The translations under genes and the position numbers were made by a program. Source: Azolla caroliniana (lineage: Eukaryota; Plantae; Polypodiophyta). Taken from it: 64,000 nt of DNA. Under the pieces are notes generated by a model, which saw only the letters and a program-made list of their open reading frames with translations, was not told the origin of the DNA and searched no databases. Shown one piece after another: positions 49,627-62,717 of the stretch; position 1 is the stretch's first letter, and each line of letters starts with the position of its first letter. Location of the stretch: the NCBI GenBank assembly GCA_043228905.1, contig JBHGNT010000001.1:24490001-24554000 (forward strand), written 5' to 3'.

Positions 49627-52600
49627 TGTGAAAGTGTTTTTAGAATCTAAGCCATTGAACATTAGAAGAAGATAAAGTATAGATAACTAACATTTGGAGG
49701 CTAAGAACACGAACCAAGACCTTAGGAAGAAGTCAAAAGTAAAAGTACGAGACCAATAGAAAAGTAAAAAGAGAAAAAGCGGACCATAAAAAACAGTAAA
49801 AAAGGAATGGTCATAACTCCTTCGTTTTTCACCCAAATATTATGTTTAAATATGGGTTAGAAAGCTTGTAAAGAGAGCTACCTATAGCGTTTTAAATCAC
49901 TAAACTCTGAGTTCTGAGGAGGGAGATATGACGATTAGATGGTCGTTGGGTCTTAGCTAAAAATAGGAGATAAAAAGCTTCTAAAAATAGCGTGAACGAG
50001 GAAGAAGAAGAAAATTATAAAAGAGGAAGTGATACTTATAGACGAAGGGACGAATAGGGAGAGGATCCTAATAGAGGAGAGGGAGTCTTAGGAAGAGAAA
50101 TCTTAGTGAAAGAGGAAGGGTCTTAGTTGTGGTTTTTGAGTGCTTGGTAGTAAGAAGGTCTTTGGTTTCTTAGTTGAATGTGGAGTTTATCTCCTTTGTA
50201 TTTGAAAATGTAAGTGTTTGCGGAAGTGTAAAACAGAGAACAACAGAGAGAGAGAGAGACAGAGACAGAGAGAGCGAGAGAGACAGAGAGAGCAGAACGC
50301 AATTTCAAAATTATATCAAGATTCTGTTCTCATTCACATTGTGCTAAGTAGTACTATTTATACAAGTCCTCTTGGGACTGACAGAAGTACCATGTACTTC
50401 AATGCTCACACGAGCATCTGACACTTACTACGAGACTATAGATACCTAGTAGTCTATCCTATTCTAGGCTTCCGATTGGACTGCCGGTTACGGATTGCAC
50501 CCGGCCTCCACTGCTTGCCGGTGCGGTTGCTCACCGTCATACCGATCCGTTTCGCCCGATCCGTCTCGCTTACCGGCTCCGGCTTATTCAGCCGATCCGG
50601 CTCCGGTTGAGCTTGCCGCTCAACACTCCCCCTCAAGCTCAACCTGAGGTGGGGTCGTAGTGTCGACCTCTGTGGCAGTCGGTTCTTTCAACCGACTTCT
50701 TCTGGCGTCACTCCGCCTTGCTCGCGCTCCTCGTCCGGTCCAGTCCCGTTTGCCGCGACCCCTTTGGTTCTGCGCGCCTCGACCCTCTCGGTCAGTACCG
50801 TCGTGATGACCTCCGCACAGCATGCACTTCTCTTCCTGAGTGCACAACTCTTCTTCACAGCCGCTTGCTCCGACCTGTTCGGATGTGTCGACTTCCTTCG
50901 CCGACTCGGCTTCCTTTATCTTCTTGTCTCCTCTTCTTCCGGCTCTCCTCTTACCGACGGGTTCAACAGTTTGTTGGCCTTTGCCCGTTTCGGTAGAGAC
51001 TTTGTCCTTGCTTCTCCCCCTCAAGTGCGGCATGTCGAGATGCTGAACACCAAGCATGTCGGTAAAGTGGTGCAACTTGTCCGATCCGAGCGGTTTGGTG
51101 AAGATGTCGGCAACTTGCCGATCCGTATGAACATACCGTAGGTCAACTTCACCGCTCAGTACCCGCTCACGCACGAAGTGGTAGTGCACCTCGATGTCCT
51201 TTGTGCGAGCATGGAACACGGGGTTCCTGGAGAGCTGCAGGCTGCTCATGTTATCGTAGTAAATCGGGATCGGGGTCGGTACCTCGATCCGCAAGTCTCG
51301 CAGCAGTCGCCGAAGCCAGATGGCTTCACAAGTGGCAACGGTAGCGGCCTGATACTCAGCCTCAGTGCTTGACAAAGCCACTGTGGGCTGCTTCTTGCTG
51401 CTCCACACAATGGCCGCACTACCTATGGAGAACATGTATCCGGAAGTGGAGCGGCGATCAGACGCATCGCCGGCCCAGTCAGCATCTGTGTAACCGACAA
51501 GCTCTTCGGGTATACCTTGCCGGTATAGCAGTCCTCGGTCCTTAGTGCCGTAGACATACCGTACTATTCTTTGCGCGCACTGAAGGTGCTCCACGGTCGG
51601 CTTCTGCATGAACTAACTTACCATGCCGACCGGATAGCTGATGTCGGGTCGGGTGATGGTTAAGTAGATCAGGCTTCCGACAACCTGTCGGAACCGTTTC
51701 TCATTGCAGGCCGGTCCGGAGTTGGGACGGAGCTTCTGATTACGGTCCAGGGGTGTGGAGACAGGTCGGCAATCCGTCATGCCGAACTTATACATCATAT
51801 TCAACACGTAATGTCGTTGTGAGAGAAATATGTCGTCGGGGGCCCGGATCACTTCGATCCCAAGAAAATAATGAAGGCCCCCCAGGTCCTTCATTTCGAA
51901 TGCGTCCGACAACTGGGACTAGACGCGGTTGATTTCGGGAAGACCCGGTCCGGTGATGACTAAATCATCCACATACAAGAGTATACATACCGGACCATTA
52001 GAGCCTTGCCGGATGAACAAAGAAGAGTCTGACTTAGAGACAGCAAACCCCAGCTTACGCAACCGGTGCGTGATCTTCGCGTTCCAAGCTCGGGGGGCTT
52101 GCTTCAAGCTGTAAAGCGACTTCTTCAATCGGCATACCGCCGATTTGTTCATCTCCGATTGAAATCCGGGGGGCTGAGTCATAAAGATTTCTTCTTCAAG
52201 CTCTCCTTGAAGGAAGGTGTTCTTCACATCCATCTGGTGAAGATGCCACCGTCTTGCCGCAGCAACCACCAGTACCACACGAACCGTCGTCATCTTTGCC
52301 ACAGGAGCGAAGGTCTCGTCGTAGTCAATTCCGTGGGTCTGCGCGTATCCCTTCGCCACTAACCGGGCTTTATACCAGTTAACAGAACCGTCGGCGTTGT
52401 ACTTGACCTTGTACACCCACTTGCATCCGATCGGTTTACACTGACGGGGAGGATCAACTAGGTCCCAAGTTTCGTTGGCATCGAGTGCCCGCATTTCTTC
52501 GTCCATAGCGGCACGCCAATTTGCGTCCCTTGCCGCTTCTGCGTAGCTCTCCGGCTCACGCACTTCTGTCACCTTAGTCATGTACGCATAATGATGCGCC

Positions 52601-55461
52601 ATGTATTCATTGTACCCGTACCGCACGACGGGATCCTTCTGACGGGTTGATCGGCGCAACGCACCGTCACTTGATTTGAGGCCCTTCTTGGCCAGTTCGG
52701 TCTTCGTTACCAAAGATCTGCCTTTCTCCTTTCCGGAGTCAGATACGCACCGATCCGACTCATCGTAGCCAGTTTCGAATTCCGGCATCTTCCTCTTCCC
52801 CTTCTCTTTGCGCGTGAACCGTTTCCTCGGTTCCTTGCGCGGGGAGAGCACGGCAGAGTCTCCACCACTTGCCGTCTCTTCATCCGACTGGTCCAACCGA
52901 CTCAGTCGCTCGTTCGGTCCACTCAACCGTAACGATTCCGGACTCTCATCTTGAGTCCCGGCTTCATCATCCTCTTCCATGGTTGATTCAGGCTCACTGG
53001 CCTGATCTTCCGGTATTGGGTCGGGATCAGAAGTCGGAGTCGGTACGGAGTTTCAGGATGCCGATTCGTCGAACTCGACATCCCGGCTAACTCGGACTTC
53101 CTTCATCCGGGGGTTATAGCACTTATACCCCTTTTGCTCTTGAGCATACCCAACTATGATGCATTTTTCCGATTTTGCATCCAGCTTCCTCCGCTTCTGA
53201 TCCGGCACATGCACATACGCTATGCTGCCGAATATCCGAAGGTGTCTTAAGTTCGGCTTGCGCCCGAAATACAGCTCATGAGATGACACCTTGTCACCAA
53301 TGCGGTTTTGTATGTAGACGGCCGTCTGGACCGCCTCCGCCCAGTAGAACCGAGGCATGCTCTTCTCCTCCAGCATTGTCCTTGCCGCTTCGACGAGTGT
53401 TCGGTTCTTCCTTTCGGCCACACCGTTTTGCTCCGGTGTGTATCTGCAGCTGAACTCTCGCAATTCCCTTCTGCTGCAGATAACTAGTGAATTGGCCGGA
53501 AAAATATTCCTTTCTGCCATCCGACCGAAGGCATTTGATCTTCCTCTCCGATTCTCGTTCCACCATCTTCTGGAGGCTCCGGAAACAGTCGAAGCCTTCG
53601 CTCTTCCGCTCAATGAGGTAGATCCAAGTATGTCGAGTATAGTCGTTGATGAAGGAGACGAAGTACCGACTCCCGCCAAGGCTTACACTTTGTGCCGGTC
53701 CCCACACATCCGAATGGATGAGATTAAGCTTGTTACGGCTCCGGTTCCGTTCGGTGGGGAATGGAAGCCGGTGTTGCTTCCCAAGTTGGCAGGCTTCACA
53801 AATTTCGGCTCTCCGGCCGCTGAACTTTGGCAAACCAAAAACGACTTGTTTCGTTTGCAGGTCTTGAAGCCTCCGGTAGTTGACGTGGCCTATCCGCTTG
53901 TGCCATAGGTCGATGTCCGACTCGACCTTCTGTCATTTCGCGAACAGAGCGGTGCCAATGTCATTGGTGTTCAGGATAAACATCCTCCCATCTCTGCGCC
54001 CTTGCGCAATGACTTCGCCCTCATCCTCAATGAAGCACCCGAGGTGCATAAACCGCACCTGCATCCCCTGGTCGACAATCTGACCGACGGACACCAGGTT
54101 CTTCGTGATCGTCAGAACGTGTAATACGTTCATCAGCTTCCCTTTCTGTCCGACGTGGCTTAGAGGGACTTCTCCGACGTGCACGATTGGGTGTGGAGTG
54201 TCGTCTCCGGTTTCGACTACTCCTAGTTGATCCGGTTTCTCCAGAAAGGAGAACCACTCTTTGTGGCTCGTCATGTGGTTCGACGCGCCGGAATCAACAT
54301 ACCACACTTCCTCCGTTTTGGAAGTGGTCTTCTTCATTGAGTTTGCCTTGTGATTCATCACCAAGGTTGGCCCCTTACCGGCCTTTCCGGTTCCGGATCC
54401 TCCTGATCCGTTTGCGTAGTGCGAGTTTTGCCAGCCATCCTTACCGGTCTTGCCGGATCCGGATTTGTCCGAATCGGCACGCTTTCTCCAGCACTCGCTT
54501 TCCCTGTGGCCTTTTTTTTCCACAGTACCAGCATTCCGTAGCGGATTTGTCTTGCCGGCCTCCGGCACCGCCTTGACTCCCCCTGCTTGTGGAAGTCCCG
54601 GAACTACTGTCGGCATGCTCATAGTGCCTCCATTCCTGCTCTTGCCGGCCGCCTCCATTGCGTGCCGACCCACCTCTTCCACCACGCCCACGGAGTCGAT
54701 CCGTTCCCGTGTACAACATTCGGCTGTCCGGGGATGCACTGGTAGATGCACCGGCGTGGTTCTCCTCTACAAGGAGCATCGACTGTAAGTCGAAGAATGA
54801 GGGGGTATTCTCCCTTGTACACACCGCAGTCCAGAACCCTCCGAACTTGGACGCCAGGCCTCTGAGACATACCTGCACCATCTCGTCTTCCTCTACGGTA
54901 ACATTGATAGAGGCGAGCGAGTCGCAGATCTCCTTTATCCAGCCCGTGTAGTCTGCCACGGACATGTTCTTCTGTCGAACATTGCTCAACTCCTATCTGA
55001 GTTGCAGCTTCCGGGCAGTGGTGCTTGCGGCGAAAACCTTTTTCAGGTTCCCCCAAGCATCCTTCGGTGTCTTGACGTCACGTATGTGACTGAGCAGCTG
55101 ATCGCCGACACTGGACGTGAAGCAATACATCACCTTGCTTGCCGCCTGTTCCCATACCGGGAAGTCCTTGTGTGCCGAGTCTGGCGCTGCATCATTCGCT
55201 CCTTCGACATAACTCCAGTACACGTGTCCAAGCAGGTACTAGTGCATCTTGTAAGACCAGGATGCGTAGTTGCTCCTGTCGAGCTTCTCCACCGGGAGCG
55301 ACATAGCCATGCCTCTATCCATGTCTTCTATTGTGTCTGTTTTCGACCTGTTAGGGTTTTCTTCTCAAGAGTAAATGTCTGCAGCAGAGGTTCTCAAACC
55401 TCACGCTCTGATACCATGAAAACGTAAGTGTTTGCGGAAGCGTAAAACAGAGAACAACAGA

Positions 55462-55498
<37 letters not shown>

Positions 55499-56015
55499 CA
55501 GAACGCAATTTCAAAATTATATCAAGACTCTGTTCTCATTCACACTGTGCTAAGTAGTACTATTTATACAAGTCCTCTTGGGACTGTCAGAAATACCATG
55601 TACTTCAATGCTCACACGAGCATCTGACACTTACTACGAGACTATAGATACCTAGTAGTCTATCCTATTCTAGGCTTCCGATTGGACTGCCGGTTACGGA
55701 TTGCACCCGGCCTCCACTGCTTGCCGGTTCGGTTGCTCACCGTCATACCGATCCGTTTCACCCAATCCGTCTCGCTTACCGGCTCCGGCTTATTCAGCCG
55801 ATCCGGCTCCAGTTGAGCTTGCCGCTCAACAGTATTGTCTTGATGATGGAATATCCTAACAATGTTATCTCTTTCTCATCTTCTCTATCTTTTTTTCTTA
55901 ATTTCTTGAGTCTCTCTTGATCTATATAATATATTATGAGTCACAACTCCATCTAACCGGTTTGGTCAAGCCCTCATATTGTGTACGACTATCATCTGTC
56001 TTAAACACCCTATCA
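49627..56015. mobile_element. E: probable solo LTR (~760 bp, split by C2), TSD GATAA
   Basis: tgtgaaag...ccctatca flanked by gataa; non-coding; inserted in the A4 integrase. Confidence 0.8.
50203..55831 (-). mobile_element. C2: full-length Copia with a few stops and frameshifts; TSD GTATT
   Basis: LTRs 50203-50625 and 55417-55831; iMet PBS 55405-55416; gag-PR-INT-RT-RH all present (50620-55310). Confidence 0.96.
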
Positions 56016-58424
56016 GATAACACTTGGTCCTTCGTCTTCAGCGGTGTGGTCCACAACTTCCAGTTGTGGTCATCTATGAACGTCACGAAGTACTGCGCTC
56101 CGGCATGTGACTTCGTGTCTACTTGACACACATCGGTATACACCAGCTCCAGTGGTGCATTACGTCTCATCGGTGGCCTTGATCGGAAGGAGGTTCGGTT
56201 TTGCTTACCGGCCAGTCAGTCGGTGCACCTCTCAAGATGCACGTCCTTTACCAGTATTCTCCTCCGTTATCTGCTCAAACTGCCTTCAGCTTCCGGCCGG
56301 TTTCTCTTTCCACTCTCGCATGGAGCTCTTTGAAGACGGATAACACCTGATCCTTCGTCTTCAATGGTGTGGCCCACAGCTTCCGGCTGTGGTCATCTAT
56401 GAACGTCACGAAGTACTGCGCTCCGGCATGTGACTTCGTGTCCACTTGACACACATCAGTATGCACCAACTCTAGTGGTGCATTACGTCTCATCGGTGGC
56501 CTTGATCGGAAGGAGGTCCGGTTTTGTTTACTGGCCAGACAATCAGTGCACTTCTCCAAGTGCACGTTCTTCACTAGAATGAGGTTGTCGTCTGCAAGCC
56601 TCTTCATCCCCTTCTCACTCATGTGACACAACCTCTTGTGCCACAGCTCACCGGCAGTGTCGAATGCAACGTTCAATTCCTCGGGACATAACCGGGCATT
56701 CATCAGGTACAACGTGTTGACCTTCCAGGCCCGAGCCACAATCAAGCTCCCTTTGCTGAACTTCATGACACCGTGTAGCCTTCATCGTCTAGCCGACCAG
56801 CTGATATCAGGTTCAGTCGAACATCCTTTAGTAGCAACTTGCATCCGGTTGGTGTTGACAGCCACACGTCTACTATGCCGACAATTCGGCATGTCCCTTC
56901 ATTCCCCATCCAGACACAGCCGTGATCACTGGCCGTGTAGGATGAGAAGCATTTCCGGTCTGGGGTAAGGTGGAATGACGCTCCGGAATCGACAACCCAC
57001 ATTGTCTCGTCACTGGCCAGGTTCAACTCACTCTCCTCGGTGATGAGCATCAACTCCTCTTCACTTGCCACGATTGCCTTCGTTCCCTTCCGGTCTTTAC
57101 CGTTCCGGTTTGGTGACCGCTTTGAATCGGTACTGTCGGTTCCTTTTTCTTTCCGGAAATGCCGACAGTTCTTCTGGAAGTGACCCGACTTGCCACAATA
57201 GAAGCAAGTGGGCCTCCCCCTTGACTTTGACCGTGGCCCCGACTTTTCCCGATTCTGGGGACTCTGATTCCTTTGTCTTCCGCGTTCCGATTTGGTAAGG
57301 AGTGCTTTGGAGTCAGAGCTCATATCCTTGTCTTTTCGACGAGCCTCCTCATCTAGCAAGCTCGACTTGACTCTTGCTAGGGATAATTGTTTCCCTTCCG
57401 GCCCGGCGTTGCCCAAAGTAACAACCAACAGCTCCCAGCTATCCGGGAGGGAACCGAGCAAGAGTAGTGCTAGTACCTCATCGGCAAGAGGTACTTCCAA
57501 CGATGTTACCTGGTGAATCAGCCCCTGGAAGGTATTCATATGCTCTGCCATGCTGGAGCCATCTTGGTACCGGAGCCGCACTAGCTTCCGGAATACCTAA
57601 ACCCAATTAACAACATTTTTGTTCTGAAACATAATGCCAATCTTCTCCCAAAGCTCATGATCCTTGCTCTCTTCATTGAAGTTGTTGTACAAGCTCATGT
57701 CGATGAAGCACCAGATGTATGCCGTCGTCTTCATGTGCATCACCTCCCACACTGTGGCGTCAATCTTGTCCAGTCTCTTGTCCCCGAACTAAACCGGCAA
57801 CCAAAGATCTTTCACCACGAGCATGTCCCTCATCTTCGACTTCCACACTGAGTAGTTGGATTCGGTGAGCTTGAACATGCCTCCCAATGAATCTTCCATT
57901 TTTTGTGTCATTCCACTCTGATACCAGTTTGATGAGAATATGCGGAATAATATTCAGCCACAATCAAGACTTAGATCACTTAATGATAATCAAACACAAA
58001 AATGGAGAAATGGAAGTAAGTACGCAAACAAAAGAGAATGCATAGGATGTTTAACGTGGAAAACCCTCAATGGAAAAAAACCACGGGAGTCCACAAACTC
58101 CAAGCTATCATTATGTCAAAGAGGAATACAATAGGGGAACACAGAGGCAACGACCTCGTGCCCACAATCTTCGCCTAGCGGCGGTTATAGTAAAGACTCT
58201 CTCTGTCTCTCTCTCACTCTCTCTTTCCCTCTGCTACGCTCTATACAGTAGTTACACCAATAATACTATACAACAAATAATGACAACAACAATGATACAC
58301 ACACACCGTCAAGAGTTTGCCCTAGGTCATATTTATACTAATATGACTTTCGGGCTATTTACAAATATAGCCCAGTGGGCTCTCTGGAACATATTTACAT
58401 ATATGTCCCTTCATCCAGTGAGAG

Positions 58425-58600
58425 GTTCTCACCGGGCCTGCATCATTCGGTTCTCACCAGGTCTTCCTTTCCGGGTACTCATCATCCGGTTCTCATCGGG
58501 TCTTCCATTGCCGGGTACTCATCATCCGGTTCTCACTGGGTCTTTCGTTGCCGAGTACTCATCATCCGGTTCTCACCAGGTCTTCTGTTGTCGAGTACTC
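58425..58600. repeat. 40-bp tandem repeat expanded in the A4 5' LTR
   Basis: catcatccggttctcaccgggtcttccgttgccgggtact x4 versus x1 in the 3' LTR; LTR lengths 703 vs 583. Confidence 0.88.
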
Positions 58601-60138
58601 ATATCCCATCTGGAGGGACCGAAATCCTAACAATAAGGACTATTTGATTGAGGCGGAAGTAATCATCGAGACGGACTGCCTGCCAATTCTCGGCATGGTT
58701 TCCAGATGCACGACTTCGGACCTGGCAATGCTCAGGTGGATCACGTACCTAAAGTCCCTGAATCTGGAGATTCCCTGAATCTGGAGATACGGCACATCTC
58801 CGGAAAAGACAACGTCATGGCCGATATGCTTTTGAGAGCACAGTTCGACAACGAGCATGGCATGGTGTCTGAAGATGAAGAAGTCGGCGAGGACTTCTTC
58901 GAGTCGGCCCGACTTAGGGCGAGCAGATGGGGCACTCCGGCCGTGAGTGAGTTTGACGAGACCAACTACAATGGGGAGTGGCTTCTAATCAGGCGATTCC
59001 TAAGTACGTTGACGCCAGACGCAACATGGACGAAGAAAGAAATGAGCCGGATCCGAAACAAGGCTTACTGGTTCTTCCTACGGAACAATAAGATATGGAA
59101 GCATCCGAAGAGACGGACCAGCACACCACTCTGGGTGGTGACGAAGAAAGAAGTGCAGGCTATGTTGCTATCAAAATTTTACGAAAGCCCTTGGTCCGGA
59201 CACCTAGGAACATGGGCCACATTCGAGAAGCTAAAGGAGAAGCATTTGTGGCCGAGGATGTATCGCGACGCTCATCATTTCGTGGCAACATGCGAAAGCT
59301 GCCAGATTCATTCTGGTGTCCGGCACTGCGAGAGCTGGACCCAACCTACCCACCAACCATTCACTTCAAGTGGATGGTCGATTTAGTGACGATTGTCAAT
59401 GGGGATAGGGCCAATGCGGTACCTGGTGCTTGCAAGAGAAGACTTGACGAATCAGGTGGAGGGTCGAGCATTGACCAACAAGACAACCGCAGCCGTATGC
59501 CGATTTCTGATCGAAGATGTGATTTGTCGGTATGGGAGCTGGACGTGCAAGAAGACGAGGAGTTGTTTGACCGACTAGGGGTAAAACTCTCTATCACTAC
59601 ATCTTACAATCTGGAAGCCAATGGGAAAATCGAGAGATCTCTGACACTAATCATGATGTAATGGTCTCCCCTTGTGTTATAAAAGGGGTGGCTTGAGCCT
59701 ATTTTAGAAATCCGCGTTTTGGGAGTGTCAAGCTCTCTGTCTCTCTGTCTCTCCCTCGCTCTCTGTTTTTCTTGTGTGTGTTCCATGTTGATCTGGGAAG
59801 AAGGCGAAGCCTTTGCTCACGCAAGAAGCCTGTGAGCTACCGACCAGAGGTTCATCGTTATGTGGGTGTTCGTGGTAGCCGTAGATAGGAGCACCATTGC
59901 CAACCAAGTCCTGTTGTATTCTTTCATTCTCTGTTAATCATTAGTGTTTTGTTGTGTTTCTTCTTATGTTGGGTATTTCCGCGTAGTTCCTACTTGTTGC
60001 AGTTCACTATGCGCCCGGGATCGTGTTGTTATTCCCGTTCTGTCTCTGTTGTGTATGTGTCCGAGTCCGTCGGCCCGTGAGCTCATTACTGTTGTCTGGC
60101 ATTCTGATTAGAACAATACACTTCTTCGGGCCCATGCG

Positions 60139-61990
60139 CTAACCAGTCGGGATGTGGGAATCATTTCGGATCGGACACGCATCCGAAAACCGAACCAGCG
60201 AAACCATCCGGACATCGTCCCGGGGCGCCTTCTCCCTTACCAACTCCTTGGTCTGAGACCCCGATGGTCCTACCCCATTTCTACACATGCGTGCGGATTT
60301 CCGCAACAACATAAGTTGACTATTGAGGTGGTCAATTTCCTCCTCCTTTGACCGAAACATGCCCTGAAGTTTACTTTGGAACTCGTCCAGAGTCGATCCT
60401 TCATGTTTTGTACTTTGGACTCCGCCTCTTCTATTCTCTTATTGGCGCATTCTATTAACTTTCCTTTCTCCTATAGTTGATCCCATAAATGTTGATCGGG
60501 TACATGTGGGATCTCTGTTTCACTTTTTTGGAGACGTTCCTCCTTTACCTTTAGCACCGTCTCTACTTGTTTTAGTCTGGTCATTAATTCTTCATTAACT
60601 GTTTTGACTGCCGCCCACTCTTTGTGCATATGTTCGGACGCTGATGTGGTACGCTTGTAGACTTCGGCTATCTCCTTGGCCTCACAAGTTGTTTTAGCCA
60701 ATTCCTGATGCACTTCGACCAAGGAGGCATTTGAATTGCCATACCTTATTTCTTGGCATCTCGTTGTCAATTGATTTGTTCTAGCTCTCATTCCTCCTCC
60801 GGCTCTAGTGCACCGAGCATTGCATGTTGGATCATTTCCCTGTCCTTGTGTTCCTTCCCCAATTGATCGGAAGCAAACTGTAGACGCTTCACAAACCAGT
60901 CCACCAGCTCATATTGATGTGACAAAACATAGTATGATCGTGATTTCATGAGCCGCTAGTGGTATATCTGGTATCCCTAGGACCTCGTTCAGGGATATTT
61001 CCGACGTTTTCCCTCACTCCATAGTTCCTCTCGGAACGTATTCAACTAGTTTGATAGTCGTTGTTGGTCTATCGTTCTGTTGTTGTTGTTCGGCCGACTA
61101 CTTCTTTCCGACTTTGGTCTTCTTTGCTGATCGTCTTGTTTCCTGATTTAGTTGCTTGGTGTCGGCTTGTTGTGAGGCTAACCGTCACTTCTCTTAAGGA
61201 AGTGGTGGCGGTACCACTATGTTGTCTAGGTGTAGTTCCTCCCGCGTACAAGGAAGTTGTTGTTCACCACTAATGGGTTGGGGTTGGTTCCTTGCTTCTT
61301 TTTGTGGTTGTTTTCCTGTTTCCTGACTTTCTTGCCACTTCTCTTGTGGTTGTATCAATATCTTTCTTCTTGCCAACTACTGCGGCAATGCCCGTGGCGA
61401 CTGGTCGTGGGCATAGTATGCTTAGCCACTGTGCAAAGATTGGCTTCATGGGTTTTCCTTGTCTAACTCCATGTACTTGCTCCCGAAGTGCGACTCCAAT
61501 AATGAGCCCCCAATCGATTGTCTCTCCTTCATATGTGGCAACTACTGCGGCAATGCCCGTGATGACTACCCCTGTTCCTTTTCCAGGGTCTGACGTCCTT
61601 GTGTGGCGACTGGTCGTGGGCATAGTATGCTTAGCCACTGTGCAAAGATTGGCTTCATGGGTTTTCCTTGTCTAACTCCATGTACTTGCTCCCGAAGTGC
61701 GACTCCAATAATGAGCCCCCAATCGATTGTCTCTCCTTCATATGTGGCAATAATGAATCTGGCCCTCTGCTTGGGCATGCAATATGAACATGGACTGACA
61801 CAAACTACTTCCAATAAAAATTTTGCAACATTATGGAAAAACATATATTTACCCCCTTGTGTTCGGTACGCTTTGGCCAAAGGGGAATACTCACTGAAAT
61901 AGGATTCAAGAACGTCAGTCCTGACCGCTATCGTGAAGATTCCAAGCCATCAGGGGAAACGTCGCCAAATGCATGGGAACACAGGTGTAC
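60139..61990 (-). pseudogene. Decayed extra ORF with coiled coil, probably an accessory antisense ORF of an LTR element
   Basis: Fragments IDWGLIIGVALREQ, a K/T-rich linker and a heptad-rich C-terminus (60471-60791); flanked by related LTR-like TATA cores. Confidence 0.5.
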
Positions 61991-62019
61991 ACAAGTGCAC
62001 CCCTTTTTGTACTAATTTA

Positions 62020-62485
62020 TGTAAGTACTAGGTGTCGGTAGGTTTTGTGGATTACTAGGAAGTTAGGCACTATTAGAGGATTTAATATTGCATGGGTAGG
62101 GACACGGAAACAAAGGTGAGATAGCGAGAGCACATCAAGAAGAGAATCTAGGAGAGAATATCGAGGAGTCATTAAACCTGATGTAACGGCTACTCCTTGT
62201 GCTATAAAAGGGGAGGCCCCAGACTGTTTGAGGTATCATTGTTTTCCTTGAGAAGCAGAGGACGCTACCGAATAGGAAGAAGTAGCTCGCTCACTCATTC
62301 TCTTCTGAACCTCTACAACCAAACCTTGGGAGGAACCCTTGGCTCATGTCAGACGCACGCGCGCTCCCGGCCAGAGGTCCCCTTTTTCCGTGTGTTTGCT
62401 CTAGAGCTCGAAGCTCTGTTCCCGGCTCTGACCGGTTGTATTCCCTGTGCTTCATGCGCGTTGTCGTAGTGTAATTCCCACACTA
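62020..62485 (+). repeat. LTR-like fragment related to the P3 LTR
   Basis: tgatgtaacggctactccttgtgctataaaagggg matches tgatgtaatggtctccccttgtgttataaaagggg near 59654. Confidence 0.5.
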
Positions 62486-62717
62486 CGTGAAAATTGCAAT
62501 ATTGTCCCTCCGGATGGAACCGGCAACGAGGAACCGGTGAGAACTGGATGAAGGATGGAATCGGTAAGGAGGAACCGGTGAGAACCGGATGAAGGATGGA
62601 ATCAGCAAGGAGGAACCAGTAAGGAGACCCAGTAAGAACCGGCATGAGCCGGATAAAGAAGGCTGGTGAGAGTCTCTCACCGGATGAAGAGACAAATTTG
62701 TAAATAGAAGAAAAGAT
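62486..62717 (+). repeat. Fragment of an A-family Copia LTR in the opposite orientation, with ~40-bp repeats
   Basis: gtccctccggatgg and ccggtgagaaccggatga repeats are the reverse complement of the A4 LTR U3. Confidence 0.7.

Larger units (their letters stand above)
45976..58632 (-). mobile_element. A4: Tork-like Copia, TSD ATAAG, carrying B2, E and C2
   Basis: LTRs 45976-46558 and 57930-58632; iMet PBS about 57915-57926; PPT at 46559; ATAAG on both sides; gag/PR 56763-57900; RT/RH 47827-49330. Confidence 0.95.
44028..60120 (+). mobile_element. P3: Trp-group Gypsy fragment (PR end, RT, RH, INT, LTR remnant), interrupted by A4
   Basis: RT 44613-45425; RH split at AD|KDYLIE by A4; INT H2C2 (GHLG...CESCQ) 58706-59640; LTR-like tail with TATA near 59678; right end approximate. 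Confidence 0.8.
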
